Assembly: GCA_002269645.1 (NCBI GenBank)
Contig: NIVC01000330.1
Coordinates: 369,313-433,312, forward strand
Source of the DNA: Macrostomum lignano
Lineage: Eukaryota
Direction: 5' to 3'
Length of the DNA stretch: 64,000 bases
The notes below the pieces were generated by a model that saw nothing but the letters and a program-made list of their open reading frames with translations, was not told the DNA's origin and did no database searches. The position numbers were made by a program, and so were the translations under genes. How positions within the stretch are numbered: position 1 is the stretch's first letter; each line of letters starts with the position of its first letter. This document shows positions 49,601-59,927 of this stretch, piece after piece.

Positions 49601-50881
49601 GGTCACTTCATTCAGTTTCCGGTAGTCACAACAGAACCTCAGGGAACCGTCCTTCTTTTTCACGCACACCACCGGAGAGCACCATGGGGACTGGACCTCG
49701 CTGATTCTCCCAGCTTCCAGCAAGTCATCCAACTCCTCGTCCACTTCCTGCCGCAGGTACGGGGGAATCCGCCTCGCCGCTTCTTTCACAGGCCTGGCAT
49801 CTCCAGTGTCGATCTCGTGCTTCATCACCGTCGTACAGCCGAGATCCTTGGAGTCCTTAGCAAAGACAGCCCGATGTTGGGAAATCAGCTCCCTGAAGTC
49901 GGCTTCCTCCTCCTCCGACAGGCCACACGAACCCCACTCGCGGAATTCTTCGATCGGGTCCCATGCCTCCGCTTCATTCTTGGCCTCTACGTCGTCGTCC
50001 AAGCGCACCACGTTGATACCTCCGTTCGGTTCCAAAGGAATAAACCAGCCAATCGTCTCTCCTTTCTTGACCCTCTTCCTACAACTGGACGTATTCAGCA
50101 ATCTCATCGGCAGCCGTCCATCCACGCCGGGCGCTACCAGAGCTCGAGCCAGCGCCAAATCCTTCTCAGAGGCCTTCACTGACTTTTCTTCCGTTATGCC
50201 GACAGATCCGCAGTTTCTTGCGCCCTTTTTCTCTACCCTGGCTGGCATGATCACTTCTTGCGCCGGTTCCAGGAATACCGTTGTCTCGGCTTTGATTCGA
50301 CACACCACGGGCAGCTCGCCTTTCTGCCGTATCGGAACTCTAACATCGCCCACTCGAAAGACAAACTCTGAATAGTTGATGACGCAACGATGCTGTTTGA
50401 AAAATTCGGACCCGAGAATGACGTCATAGCGCAATCCGTCCACTACAAAGAAATTCGCTGACCACCGCTCGCCGCCAATCTCCACGTCCAGCACAATACA
50501 GCCTCTCATCCTCATCGCACCTCCATTGGCCGTTGAAAGGGCCCCGTCCATCATCGTCAGTCTCTCTCTCACTTCTTGCGGCAGCCTCAGGAAAACATCA
50601 CAGCTCAGCACTGACACACTCGCACCACTGTCTAACAGCAGAGCCACTGGCTTGCCGGAAACCGCACCGGAAATAAAAACTGTCAAGGGCTCCGTTGATA
50701 CCGACGAACCCCCCTCTTGAACCAGGTTGCTCTTTAAATTCCCATCACCAGAGACGCACTTGGATTTATTTACAGAGTTAGTGCCCAACCCCGGTTCCTC
50801 GCTCCTGGGAGACTTCACTTCCTGGCAGGGTCCCGACTCTCCCCGGTCGGTCCCCTCGGCCCGTTTCCCGACTTCGGACAC
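46673..50881 (-). CDS. Gypsy pol (protease-RT-RNase H-integrase), uninterrupted 1402 codons, probably made by -1 frameshift from gag
   Basis: LLDSGA; YLDD; DTDGS...GIGAVL; H-H-C-C zinc finger; TDVIGP...SDQG...GQVERFN; GPV(Y/F)-like C-terminal region and acidic tail; no ATG at the start of the frame. Confidence 0.96.
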   Translation of the reverse strand: MSEVGKRAEGTDRGESGPCQEVKSPRSEEPGLGTNSVNKSKCVSGDGNLKSNLVQEGGSSVSTEPLTVFISGAVSGKPVALLLDSGASVSVLSCDVFLRLPQEVRERLTMMDGALSTANGGAMRMRGCIVLDVEIGGERWSANFFVVDGLRYDVILGSEFFKQHRCVINYSEFVFRVGDVRVPIRQKGELPVVCRIKAETTVFLEPAQEVIMPARVEKKGARNCGSVGITEEKSVKASEKDLALARALVAPGVDGRLPMRLLNTSSCRKRVKKGETIGWFIPLEPNGGINVVRLDDDVEAKNEAEAWDPIEEFREWGSCGLSEEEEADFRELISQHRAVFAKDSKDLGCTTVMKHEIDTGDARPVKEAARRIPPYLRQEVDEELDDLLEAGRISEVQSPWCSPVVCVKKKDGSLRFCCDYRKLNEVTKKDAVPLPRTDDLLESLGGAKIFSTMDMQSGYWQMAVEPSDRLKTAFGVSHRVQQYAWNVMPFGLTNAPASFSRLMNVVLGKLCWKTCLVYLDDLLVWSRTVEEHLERLQTVFRRLRAANIKLKPKKCAFLLKSVTFLGHVVSADGIATSPEKIAEIRDWPTPRNVKEVRSFLGLCGYYRQFIADFSRIAEPMLRRTRNDCPWSWDKECQAAFEALKERLQGSEVMAFPNFAEDAGEFVLDTDGSTKEGIGAVLSQVQKDGSEKVIAYGSRTLSREERNYCTTRVELLAVVFFVQKFRYYLMGREFLVRTDHSSLKWLHSLRDVEGQLARWLELLAPYRYRIEHRPGVKHQHADALSRKPRRRHQGSESCPGCAQEQIGVNALGLQRWTSEEIRESQKMDSDIRQAMELLAHGDGEITEEHLRRISPTARRIVERRRDLEVSDSEVLLCHTASGRQPQVVLPRNMLRAVLEEAHGGRSGGHVGIFKTKEKVRQSFWRPGLGREVEEHVKACLDCTKAKAGKKPIAPMEPIPSSSPFDIVMTDVIGPLPRSKKGNFYILTVQDAFSKWPDAYAIRNQKAATIARVLFERWIANHGCPRVLHSDQGRNFESGIVRKLCELLGVKKTRTSAYHPSGNGQVERFNGFLKNSLRTYLVQKGQNAWEEYLPSALMAYRSTVQASTGYTPYYMLHGQEMPLGFEPEDLRRKTDSYPLFVQEIQQNLLHAHERIREGRETVQRRQKMNYDRKVKGKAIQKGDSVLLYYPCLEMGEKSKFHINWRGPVKVLEKLSDALYRVQDPTQPQKTKVVHFNNLRPVQVQTEAADGQETREEIGRASSRKTRPRRGNSAAGRSRRQRVQRGETQRWTAARGPQDPESEQEDEEFEDLQLRFQDPRDHAPPDTRNLAGDREPGPERPEADDDEEEHFDEARYDEEQNEEDEAEPNDANVPEQEVRTAQEEAGRPRRLRRPPDRFGVPVYHY

Positions 50882-51939
50882 TTGAAGGATAGGTGGCCTT
50901 CACCGTTGCACTTGTGACATCGTACTGGCGATTTCCCGTTTTCACTCTTCTGACTGGTCTTCTTCGGACACTTTGATGAGATATGGCCCCACTCTCGACA
51001 TGAAAAACACTGCACAGCCTTCCGACTCGCCGGGGTCGGCTCTGCCGCTTCTTCAGACCTCCGCTCCTCCATCTCTTTCATTCGCATCTCCATGGCCGCC
51101 AGCTGTTTTCGAAGCATCTCGACCTCACTGCTTTCGGAAGCCTCCTTTCGGGTTTCGGTCGTGACAGCGCAAACGGCTCTTTTCGATACCTGACCTGGTG
51201 GACCATGACTTGCCCTAACCGCCGCTTCCAGCTGATGCACCAGACGCATTGCGTCCGCTAACGTATCCGGCTGGCTCATGTACAGTCGCTCACGCACAGC
51301 CACCCCCGCACGGACGCCTCGCATAAATCGCTCTTTCGCAAGATCATCGCGCACATCGGCAGGCGCATCAGGAAAGGCGTTTGCGACCAACTCAATCACA
51401 GCTTCAGAGAAATCTTCTACCGACTCCTTCTCGCTCTGCTCTCTATTGCTCAGTTCTGTGCGGTAGTCGACGACGGTACGGTGCATAGTGAACCTATCCC
51501 TCAAGGCCTGGGTAAATTCTTCGAACTGCAGGTCGTCATCAAGGTTCATGTTGTCAACAACTTGGAAGGTGCTGAAGTCTAGGTTGCTGAGCAACTGAGC
51601 GCGCCGATTCTGCATCGGAATCTGCATGGCATCGCAATAAGCTACGAAGAGCCTCAACCACTTCACGAAATTCATTCCTGGAGCATACTTCACCGGCCTC
51701 TGAATCCTGAGGGCACCCGCTTGCTGCATGTTCTGCTGAATCTGGGCAGTCAAGGCGGCGACCAGATCATTAACACCAAAGGCTCCAGCAGCACCTCCAG
51801 CCGCACCTTCAGCCGCACCTCCAGCCGCACCTCCAGCAGCACCTCCAGCCGCACCTCCAGCCGCACCTCCGGCAGCACCTCCAGCAGCACCTCCAGCCGC
51901 ACCTCCAGCCGCACCTCCAGCAGCACCTCCAGCATCCAT
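50815..51939 (-). CDS. Gypsy gag (374 aa) with two CCHC knuckles and an N-terminal (GAAG) repeat
   Basis: CFSCREWGHISSKC and CHKCNGEGHLSFKC; capsid-like core REQSEKESVEDFS; ATG about 90 nt downstream of the PBS. Confidence 0.92.
   Translation of the reverse strand: MDAGGAAGGAAGGAAGGAAGGAAGGAAGGAAGGAAGGAAGGAAEGAAGGAAGAFGVNDLVAALTAQIQQNMQQAGALRIQRPVKYAPGMNFVKWLRLFVAYCDAMQIPMQNRRAQLLSNLDFSTFQVVDNMNLDDDLQFEEFTQALRDRFTMHRTVVDYRTELSNREQSEKESVEDFSEAVIELVANAFPDAPADVRDDLAKERFMRGVRAGVAVRERLYMSQPDTLADAMRLVHQLEAAVRASHGPPGQVSKRAVCAVTTETRKEASESSEVEMLRKQLAAMEMRMKEMEERRSEEAAEPTPASRKAVQCFSCREWGHISSKCPKKTSQKSENGKSPVRCHKCNGEGHLSFKCPKSGNGPRGPTGESRDPARK
50863..50869 (-). promoter_or_regulatory. -1 ribosomal frameshift slippery heptamer G GGA AAC with a downstream GC-rich hairpin
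   Basis: X XXY YYZ in the gag frame inside the gag/pol overlap; pol is in the -1 frame; downstream CCGAC...GTCGG stem. Confidence 0.75.
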
Positions 51940-52351
51940 ACCACGGCGTCACAGTTTCTAACCTTAATTTCTCACAATATTCCGCGCCTCGAGCTTTCTT
52001 CCTTACTTAGTCTTCCACAGCGCAGGGTCCCACCAAGGATGCCAATGGTAATTTCTCAGGTAATTTCCGTTGGGGATTTCCCCTTGGGTAATTTCCATTG
52101 GGGATTCTCCATCGGATTTTTATTATGGATTTCCCCTCGGGTAATTTCTACTTGGGAATTCCCCTCAGGTTATTTCTATTGGGGCATTCCCGTTGGTTTA
52201 TTTCTATTGGGGAATTCCCCGGTTTCCCAGGTGCTTGCATTAGGAGGCATTGCCTTCGGGTTTTCTAGATAGATAGGGTCTTTTCATAGTGAGTGGTTAA
52301 GCTACTGAAACACTGGAGACGATCGACCCAAGCGAGGCTTCAAAGACTCAC

Positions 52352-53319
52352 TCGAACAGTTTCCTTTCAGCCAGGCCAGCCATCAGCCGGCAGGCGGCTT
52401 CAAAGCCGGCCAACAGTCCCAGGAAGTCTTCAATCTTGCGCTTATTGTATTGCACAGCTTCGAACAGCACAGCCCGCTGATCCGGATGGTCCGTGCCGGC
52501 AGGCCGGCAGCCGAACACGTGCATCTTAGCCGTCAGCTTCTCTAAATCTGGCAGCTTCTTCAGGCCGGCTGATAATTCCTGGCAGACTTGTCGATCGGCC
52601 GACACCAGTTCAGCGACGGCCTCCTGGCGGCGTTGGATCGCTTCCGGATGGCAGAGCGGAGCGCACAGCCACTGCTGCAGCAGCCGCTTGCCGAAGGCCG
52701 TGCCGCAGCGGTCCAGCCGGCTGTACAGGGTGGCCTCAGATGACCCGCCGCCTCCTCTCTGCTGCTCAGCGAAGACATCCAGATTGGCCAGCGCGATGCC
52801 GTCAAGCACAGCGTGAGTCTGGCTGGCGTAGAATGGCGGCGCATCAGCTGCTTTCATCTCGGCCTCATCAGCGCCAGCCTCATCGGCAGCTGAGCCGGAG
52901 TCTGCCGGCCTGTAGACGGCGAAGTTGCGCATAGACAGCACGTCGTGATCGATGAGGCAGCGGCTCAGGTAGTGCACCAGGCCGCCAAGGGCGCTCACTC
53001 CGAGCTCCCACTGTCTGGCCGCGGTCCGGCCAAGGCTGTCCGACTCGCATAGCAACGGTTGCAGACCCTCGGGCCAGGCGAACTTGCCGTTATCAACAAA
53101 GTAAGGCGCCTCGGCCAGGTGTGCCAGGCACCGGCCGCTGTCCCAGAACTCGCGGCCGGGCGTCAGCGCCTCTTTCGGCACGGCGCGGAGGCAGCCGTTC
53201 AGGATGGCCAGAGTGGCCGGGCGGAGTCGGCCGCGCTCGTGCAGCAGCTGGGCAGGCGGATGGTGCGCTATGAGGGTGCGCAGCCGGGAGCAGTGGCAGT
53301 CGTCGGCGAACTGTCCCAC
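52352..53319 (-). CDS. MSH6: MSH6 exon 7 (connector and core domains)
   Basis: VGQFADDCHCSRLRTL...LDGIALANL...TAFGKRLLQQWLCAPL...LPDLEKL; gcgcag acceptor, GTGAGT donor, phase 0 to 2. Confidence 0.95.
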
Positions 53320-53451
53320 CTGCGCCAATGGGGTTGGCAAAATTTAGTTTGTACTTTGTTAGTGCAATTCCAGTGCGTTCCTTGACGTCCTTGAAGCACG
53401 ATTTGAAGTAGGATCCCAAAAACAGTTTTTGTCTGCCACTAACAAACTAGG

Positions 53452-53762
53452 GGTTGTAGCCCAGTGCTTAGAGCGTTTTACTCACGAGTAACGACTTGAA
53501 GGTCCGGGGTTCGATTCGCGATCCTACTGGAACAATTTGTGTCCTTGAGCAAGACACTTAACTCTGCATTGCTTCAGTTCACCCAGTTGTAAAATGGGTG
53601 CCAGCATTAGCTGGGGTAATTGAGGGTGTGTGTGTGTGTGTGTGTGGCGACCCCCCAGTCCTTGGACTGAACAGTCGTACGCAGCCTTCAGATGCGGCGC
53701 GCAATAGCTGCGGCTGAGCTGTCGGTTGCACATCTGACCATTGTGGCAATTATTATTATCTG
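53452..53762 (+). mobile_element. tRNA-derived SINE copy (full length)
   Basis: A box tagcccagtgcttag, B box ggttcgattc, gtgtccttgagcaagacacttaac core, internal (GT)n, attattatt tail. Confidence 0.87.
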
Positions 53763-54157
53763 CCACGATAGTTTTAATCCAGCATTAATATAGCATTTTC
53801 TAAGCATATTGAGCCTAGGAGCAATCTTTAGTTAATGAGTGAATTTAGCTATTGAAGACTTGTTTCTCATTGTCTATGGCCTAAAGGGGGGTCTGTGAAG
53901 CAGCCATAGATACTAGAAACATTAGCTAACTCTAAGAGGCTAAGAGGCTAAGATGTTGTCTATGGCCAAGAGCTATAGAAATAGCTTATCGCAAAATCAT
54001 AACGTAAAGATTGAACTCGAACTTTAGGGGTTAGCGAAATGGGCGGCAACGCCTCCTCGCTGTTTCCGGACGCACGGAGCCCCCTGCAGCTAAGTCAAGT
54101 AAGTGTTCAATAGAAAAATTGAAAAAAGGTCAAGTAAAACACAAACTTATTACTCAC

Positions 54158-54373
54158 CCAAACTTGACCAATAGTAGTATCGACAAATGCGACGCCAAAT
54201 TGCAGCGAAACCTGCTGTTGCGTTGAGTCAGAATCCGCCGACCCGGCGTTACATTGAACAGCCTCCTTCACAGCTAGAAGGTACTGCGCCTTAGTTACCA
54301 GGGCGTCACCGTCCCAGTGCGAGGCCAGGCGGGTGCCAGGCGTGGTCACGCGACAGATTTCGCGGCGCATCAC
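54158..54373 (-). CDS. MSH6: MSH6 exon 6
   Basis: VMRREICRVTTPGT...YLLAVKE...FGVAFVDTTIGQVW; 216 bp. Confidence 0.94.
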
Positions 54374-54419
54374 CTGGCAGAGCGATTAGAAAGTTTTAAC
54401 CATCGTTATAATAAACTCC

Positions 54420-55590
54420 AGTGCCTGAGTTGAGAACCCTACTCCCCATTGCCTGAGTTGAGAACCCTACTCCCCATTTCCTGAGTTGAGTACCCTACTC
54501 CCCATTGCCTAAGTTGAGAACCCTACTCCCCATTTCCTGAGTTGAGAACCCTACTCCCCATTTCCTGAGTTGAGTACCCTACTCCCCATTGCCTGAGTTG
54601 AGAACCCTACTCCCCAGTGCCTGAGTTGAGAACCCTACTCCCCAGTGCCTAAGTTGAGAACCCTACTCCCCATTGCAGTTGAGAACTCTACTCTCCAGTG
54701 CCTAAGTTGAGAACCCTACTCCCCATTGCCTGAGTTGAGAACCCTACTCCCCATTGCCTGAGTTGAGAACCCTACTCCCCAGTGCCTGAGTTGAGAACCC
54801 TACTCCCCATTGCCTGAGTTGAGAACCCTACTCCCCAGTGCCTGAGTTGAGTACCCTACTCCCCAGTGCCTGAGTTGAGAACCCTACTCCCCATTGCCTG
54901 AGTTGAGAACCCTACTCCCCATTGCCTGAGTTGAGAACCCTACTCCCCAGTGCCTGAGTTGAGTACCCTACTCCCCAGTGCCTGAGTTGAGAACCCTACT
55001 CCCCATTGCCTGAGTTGAGAACCCTACTCCCCAGTGCCTGAGTTGAGTACCCTACTCCCCAGTGCCTGAGTTGAGAACCCTACTCCCCATTGCCTGAGTT
55101 GAGAACCCTACTCCCATTGCCTGAGTTGAGAACCCTACTCCCCAGTGCCTGAGTTGAGTACCCTACTCCCCAGTGCCTGAGTTGAGAACCCTACTCCCCA
55201 TTGCCTGAGTTGAGAACCCTACTCCCCAGTGCCTGAGTTGAGAACCCTACTCCCCAGTGCCTGAGTTGAGAACCCTACTCCCCATTGCCTGAGTTGAGAA
55301 CCCTACTCCCCAGTGCCTGAGTTGAGAACCCTACTCCCCAGTGCCTGAGTTGAGTACCCTACTCCCCAGTGCCTAAGTTGAGAACCCTACTCCCCATTGC
55401 AGTTGAGAACTCTACTCCCCAGTGCCTAAGTTGAGAACCCTACTCCCCATTGCAGTTGAGAACTCTACTCTCCAGTGCCTGAGTTGAGTACTCTACTCCC
55501 CATTGCCTGAGTTGAGAACCCTACTCCCCAGTGCCAAAGTTGAATTCCCAACTACAGTGCCTGAGTTGCATACCCTCCTCCCCCAGTGTC
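54420..55590. repeat. 28-bp minisatellite, about 41 copies
   Basis: Unit cctgagttgagaaccctactcccca(t/g)tg. Confidence 0.95.
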
Positions 55591-55636
55591 TGAGTCGTCT
55601 GCCTCAGGCCATCTACGCAAACCATAAAAAAATTAC

Positions 55637-55933
55637 CTTCTCCTTTCCCGGCCTGCCTCGCGTCCTCTCCTGCATCTGATCGGGCGTCTCAGTCTGCTCA
55701 ACCCTGGCCACTTTGTAGCCTTTCTGCACCAGCGAATCGGCCATGCGACCAAATGAGACCTCAGGAAAGCCGGAATGAGCGTAAGCGCCGCGCATGTAGG
55801 ACAAATTGAGCTCCTGCACGCCAAGCACCGCGTCCATATGGTAGAGCTCATAGAATTTGCCAACTTTAAAGAATAGCACCGTGTCGAAATGGCGCGACTT
55901 CAGTTCCCACCACTGACGCATGGCCGGAGTCAC
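55637..55933 (-). CDS. MSH6: MSH6 exon 5 (mismatch-binding domain)
   Basis: [12 protein letters not shown]...[15 protein letters not shown] (Phe-X-Glu motif)...GFPE...[13 protein letters not shown]. Confidence 0.97.
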
Positions 55934-56099
55934 CTGTGGGTAATAGATGAAAATTTGTGAAATATAAATGATGATTGACTATAAACAGCTTTTATAGTTA
56001 ATTTAGCTGTATATATACTACTTACTACAAATATTAAATCCAAGAAATTAAATACTGTATTGAGGGTTTTAATTATAAATTAATATTTAATTGATTACA

Positions 56100-56375
56100 C
56101 CCACCCCAATTAGGCCAGATGTGCAACCGACAGCTCAGCCGCAGCCATTGCGCGGCGCATCTGAAGGCTGCGTACGGCTGTTCAGTCCAAGGACTGGGGG
56201 GTCGCCACACACCCTCAGTTACCCCAGTTAATGCTGGCACCCATTTTACAGCTGGGTGAGCTGAAGCAATGCAGAGTGAAGTGTCTTGCTCAAGGACACA
56301 GATTGTTCTAAGTGGGCCGAGAATCGAACCCCCGACCTTTTAGTCGTGAGTCCGACGCTCTAACCAGCAGGCAAC
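56100..56375 (-). mobile_element. tRNA-derived SINE copy
   Basis: Same family as 33284-33590. Confidence 0.85.
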
Positions 56376-56614
56376 AAGCCTTTTAACCCCTTTAGGGACT
56401 TAAGATACTTCAAGAATCGTTTAACTGTCAATAAAGTGTTTCTGTAGATTCTACGACAATTTATGAGCCTGCTTTTGCTGGCCATCGAAGGAAGAAAGTC
56501 CCATTTTTAAGGTAAAGAAAGAAAAATTATTTAGTTTTTAAATCATACAAGTTCTACTCCTAGCCAGAAGCTCCTGGCCCAGAAGGCCCAGGAGGCCCTG
56601 GCCTCCTATCTAGA

Positions 56615-56975
56615 AGCTCTACTACCCTGAAGCTCTACTACCCTGAAGCTCTACTACCCTGAAGCTCTACTGCCCTGAAGCTCTACTACCCTGAAGCTCT
56701 ACTACCCTGAAGCTTTACTGCCCTGAAGCTCTACTACCCTGAAGCTCTACTACCCTGAAGCTCTACTACCCTGAAGCTCTACTACCCTGAAGCTCTACTA
56801 CCCTGAAGCTCTACTACCCTGAAGCTCTACTACCCTGAAGCTCTACTACCCTGAAGCTCTACTACCCTGAAGCTCTACTACCCTGAAGCTCTACTACCCT
56901 GAAGCTCTACTACCCTGAAGCTCTACTACCCTGAAGCTCTACTACCCTGAAGCTCTACTACCCTGAAGCTCTACA
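56615..56975. repeat. 16-bp minisatellite, about 22 copies
   Basis: Unit gaagctctactaccct. Confidence 0.95.
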
Positions 56976-57041
56976 AGCTCGGCTTTTAAGCTGTATTCAT
57001 CCTGTAAGCTCTACTTCAACACACGAAGCGGGCTGACCTAC

Positions 57042-57559
57042 CTGAGTATAATACCTCTCCGGCACTAGCAGGGTTCGGCCGTCATATTCAGGATTGTCCG
57101 GCCGCCGGCCAGCCGAATCTCGGATCCGCTCGGGCCGCAACCAGTCCAGCTTGAGGTGATCCCAGATCTGCTGCTGGCCGCCGCCCAGCTGCACATCGTC
57201 ATCATCGGCGGCACCAGCCGAGGCAAGCGTTGACCGATCCAGTGCCGACGCTGAGAAGCTGGCCTCGCCATCGGATGAGGCAACAGACGCCGGGCTGAAA
57301 GCTGCCAGCCTGCTCAGACCGCTGCCCGGCTTGCGGGCTGGCGTAGTCTTCGTTGTTGAAGCAATCGACGTGTCGGCAAGTGTTTTAGGATTTTTCTGCT
57401 TTTTCTTGTCGGCTGCGGCAGCTTTGCGACGCCTGGATGGCGGGCTGACATTCTCCAGGTCGCTGCCAGAATCGGCACTGCTGTCGGCTGAATCTTCTTC
57501 TGAAGCATCGTCTTCTTCTTCTTCTGCAGATTCCTCAGACGATGAAGTCCCACTTTTTC
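57042..57559 (-). CDS. MSH6: MSH6 exon 4
   Basis: Acidic/basic disordered region, then WDHLKLDWLRPERIRDSAGRRPDNPEYDGRTLLVP; phase 1 to 0. Confidence 0.92.
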
Positions 57560-58029
57560 CTGGAGAGTAGTCTGTAATGTAGCAGTAGTAAGCGCATTGA
57601 ATTAATTGACAAATAGCAACATTTAGGATTATTTCTAGAAAATATCACTTTAGCTACTTTTCAAATGTAGCAATACATTTTAAGCAGACCCGCTAAATTA
57701 GACTGTCTTAGACTCGGAATTATCTATCAGTATCAAAAGAGACAGTTTCTGTAGTAAAACTAGGAAAAATCGTGTACAAAAGCCGAGGTTGCCAGGAAAA
57801 TGTGCGGCAAGAAAGGTACCAGCTCAGGACAGAATTTCAGCAGCTGTCTAATTTTACTATTAAAATCAATTAATGAGCTTAAGTATACTAATACACTTAT
57901 TTATTCGGTTAGGCTGCATAAAGATTTGTATTTAAAAAACTTTTACCAACTGACTAGCAATCAGCGCCCCCCGTTTGATTTTTTTAATAAACTACATGTA
58001 GCTTCTCTTTGCAATAACCTCAGCAATCC

Positions 58030-58145
58030 GTCTGTCTGTCTGTCTGTCTGTCTGTCTTTCTGTCTTTCTTGTCTGTCTGTGTGTCTTAGTGTCTGTCTGT
58101 CTGTCTGTCTGTCTGTGTGTCTTAGTGTCTGTCTGTCTGTCTGTC

Positions 58146-58218
<73 letters not shown>

Positions 58219-58247
58219 GTGTCTGTCTGTGTGTCTGTCTGTCTGTC

Positions 58248-58312
<65 letters not shown>

Positions 58313-58313
58313 G

Positions 58314-58372
<59 letters not shown>

Positions 58373-58389
58373 GTGTCTTAGTGTCTTAG

Positions 58390-58420
<31 letters not shown>

Positions 58421-58441
58421 TTGTCTGTCTGTCTGTCTGTG

Positions 58442-58492
<51 letters not shown>

Positions 58493-58525
58493 GTGTCTTA
58501 GTGTCTGTCTTTGTGTCTGTCTTAG

Positions 58526-58566
<41 letters not shown>

Positions 58567-58569
58567 TAG

Positions 58570-58640
<71 letters not shown>
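58030..58640. repeat. (TCTG)n microsatellite, about 600 bp
   Basis: Directly visible; the SVCL ORFs are artefacts. Confidence 0.97.
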
Positions 58641-59171
58641 GATTTTTTTCGAGAACCGTCTGGTCGATTTTTTTCACATTAACTTAAAAAAATTGTAATT
58701 CTTCGGCAATCATGCATAACTTTTTTGATGAAAATTCGAATTGAAAGTGGGTCAAATATTTGAAAAAGTGTCGAAAGAAGAGTTTAAAGTTTACTTTAAA
58801 ACACAAGGCCCCAATGCATACTAGCAAAGAATGATATTTTCAATGAAAAAGGTCGCTGCTTAGAGTTTTGCGAGTGTGAGAAAACTGTGGCAATTTGGCA
58901 AAGTGGCAGTTCATGAGACTGATAAAATCGAGAAGCACTTGGCTATGTCAAGCTGACTACCTCTGATTGAAATAGATTTACTAACCTTCCTAAGGCAAAT
59001 GACAGCTCTGACAGGGCGTGGGCGGCGCGGCAGGGCGAGACCGCGTCACCTGCAGTGGCACCAGCGACACCATAAATGAGAGCCCAGCGACCGAGCCCGA
59101 GACCCAATCAGCAACTCAACCCAGCAGCCAGTCTCAAGAAGCCAGCAACCAAAGCACCCAGCTCAGCAGCC

Positions 59172-59459
59172 ATGTACAAGCTCGTCTGTCTGTTCGCTCT
59201 CGTGGCCTTCGCCGCCGCCGCCTACACTCCGGAGCAGAAGAACGAGGTCGTGAACGACATCATTCACGAGGTCGTTCCCGTGATCAGCATCGACACCAAC
59301 TGCCTGCAGCAAAACGGCATCAGCTCCGTGACGTGCCTGGTGAGCAACCTGATCACCTGCTTCTTCTCCAGCGGCACCAACATCAGCAAGCTGGCCACCT
59401 GCCTGGCCAGCAAGTGCGGCGGCAGCGCCATCCAGATCATCAGCTGCATCAAGCTGTAA
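59172..59459 (+). CDS. Small secreted Cys-rich protein (95 aa), intronless, nested antisense in MSH6 intron 3
   Basis: gccATG context; signal-peptide-like MYKLVCLFALVAFAAAA; six Cys in the mature part; strong C/G third-position bias; AATAAA near 59651. Confidence 0.8.
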   Translation: MYKLVCLFALVAFAAAAYTPEQKNEVVNDIIHEVVPVISIDTNCLQQNGISSVTCLVSNLITCFFSSGTNISKLATCLASKCGGSAIQIISCIKL

Positions 59460-59815
59460 ATGCTGGATAGCTGCTTTATTTCAGATAGATTCCAAATACA
59501 CTTGGCTGAGATGCAATTAGAGATGTAATGTCTACATGTGTTTAACAAGCTTTATCAATTTAATTTTTATTTCTGAAGCTACAACTCAGGATAAGGGAGG
59601 ATAAAGAGCAAGCAGATCTCTTTATGCCAACGGTTTAATCGCACAGGGCTAATAAACGCACCCTCCCCAAAAACTGGAGGTGGTTAAGACAAACCCACCA
59701 CAAACCGGCACACCGCCAACCAATCGCAGCCAAGCGCCCCACTTTTGCCTCCACCCTAAGAAAGAAAGATTCCCTATACGCTATTTAAACCATCGTTTCC
59801 TCAATTCGAACTAAC

Positions 59816-59927
59816 CCGAATCCATATCCGACTCAGCCTTCGGTTCTTCATCGTCGTCCGATTCAATAACAGCCACGCGGCGCTTCTTTCTAGCTGGCAG
59901 TTTCGATGCAGGACCGGAATTCGCGTC
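59816..59927 (-). CDS. MSH6: MSH6 exon 3
   Basis: DANSGPASKLPARKKRRVAVIESDDDEE (NLS-like KKRR plus the I.SD motif seen in MSH6 N-termini); phase 0 to 1. Confidence 0.82.

Larger units (their letters stand above)
44178..52044 (-). mobile_element. Ty3/Gypsy LTR retrotransposon with three ORFs (gag, pol, J-domain+chromodomain), an 835-bp 3' LTR and no 5' LTR
   Basis: LTR TG...CA at 44178-45012; PPT AGGGGGAGGGAG at 45013-45024; PBS TGGCATCCTTGGTGGGA at 52028-52044; domain order PR-RT-RH-IN. Confidence 0.93.

Noticed and set aside
53452-53530. tRNA-like sequences with A and B boxes (five places)
   Set aside because: Each continues into a shared non-tRNA body and tail, and the cloverleaves are degenerate, so they are SINE heads rather than tRNA genes.
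57800-58682. SVCL-repeat ORFs
   Set aside because: They are translations of (TCTG)n.
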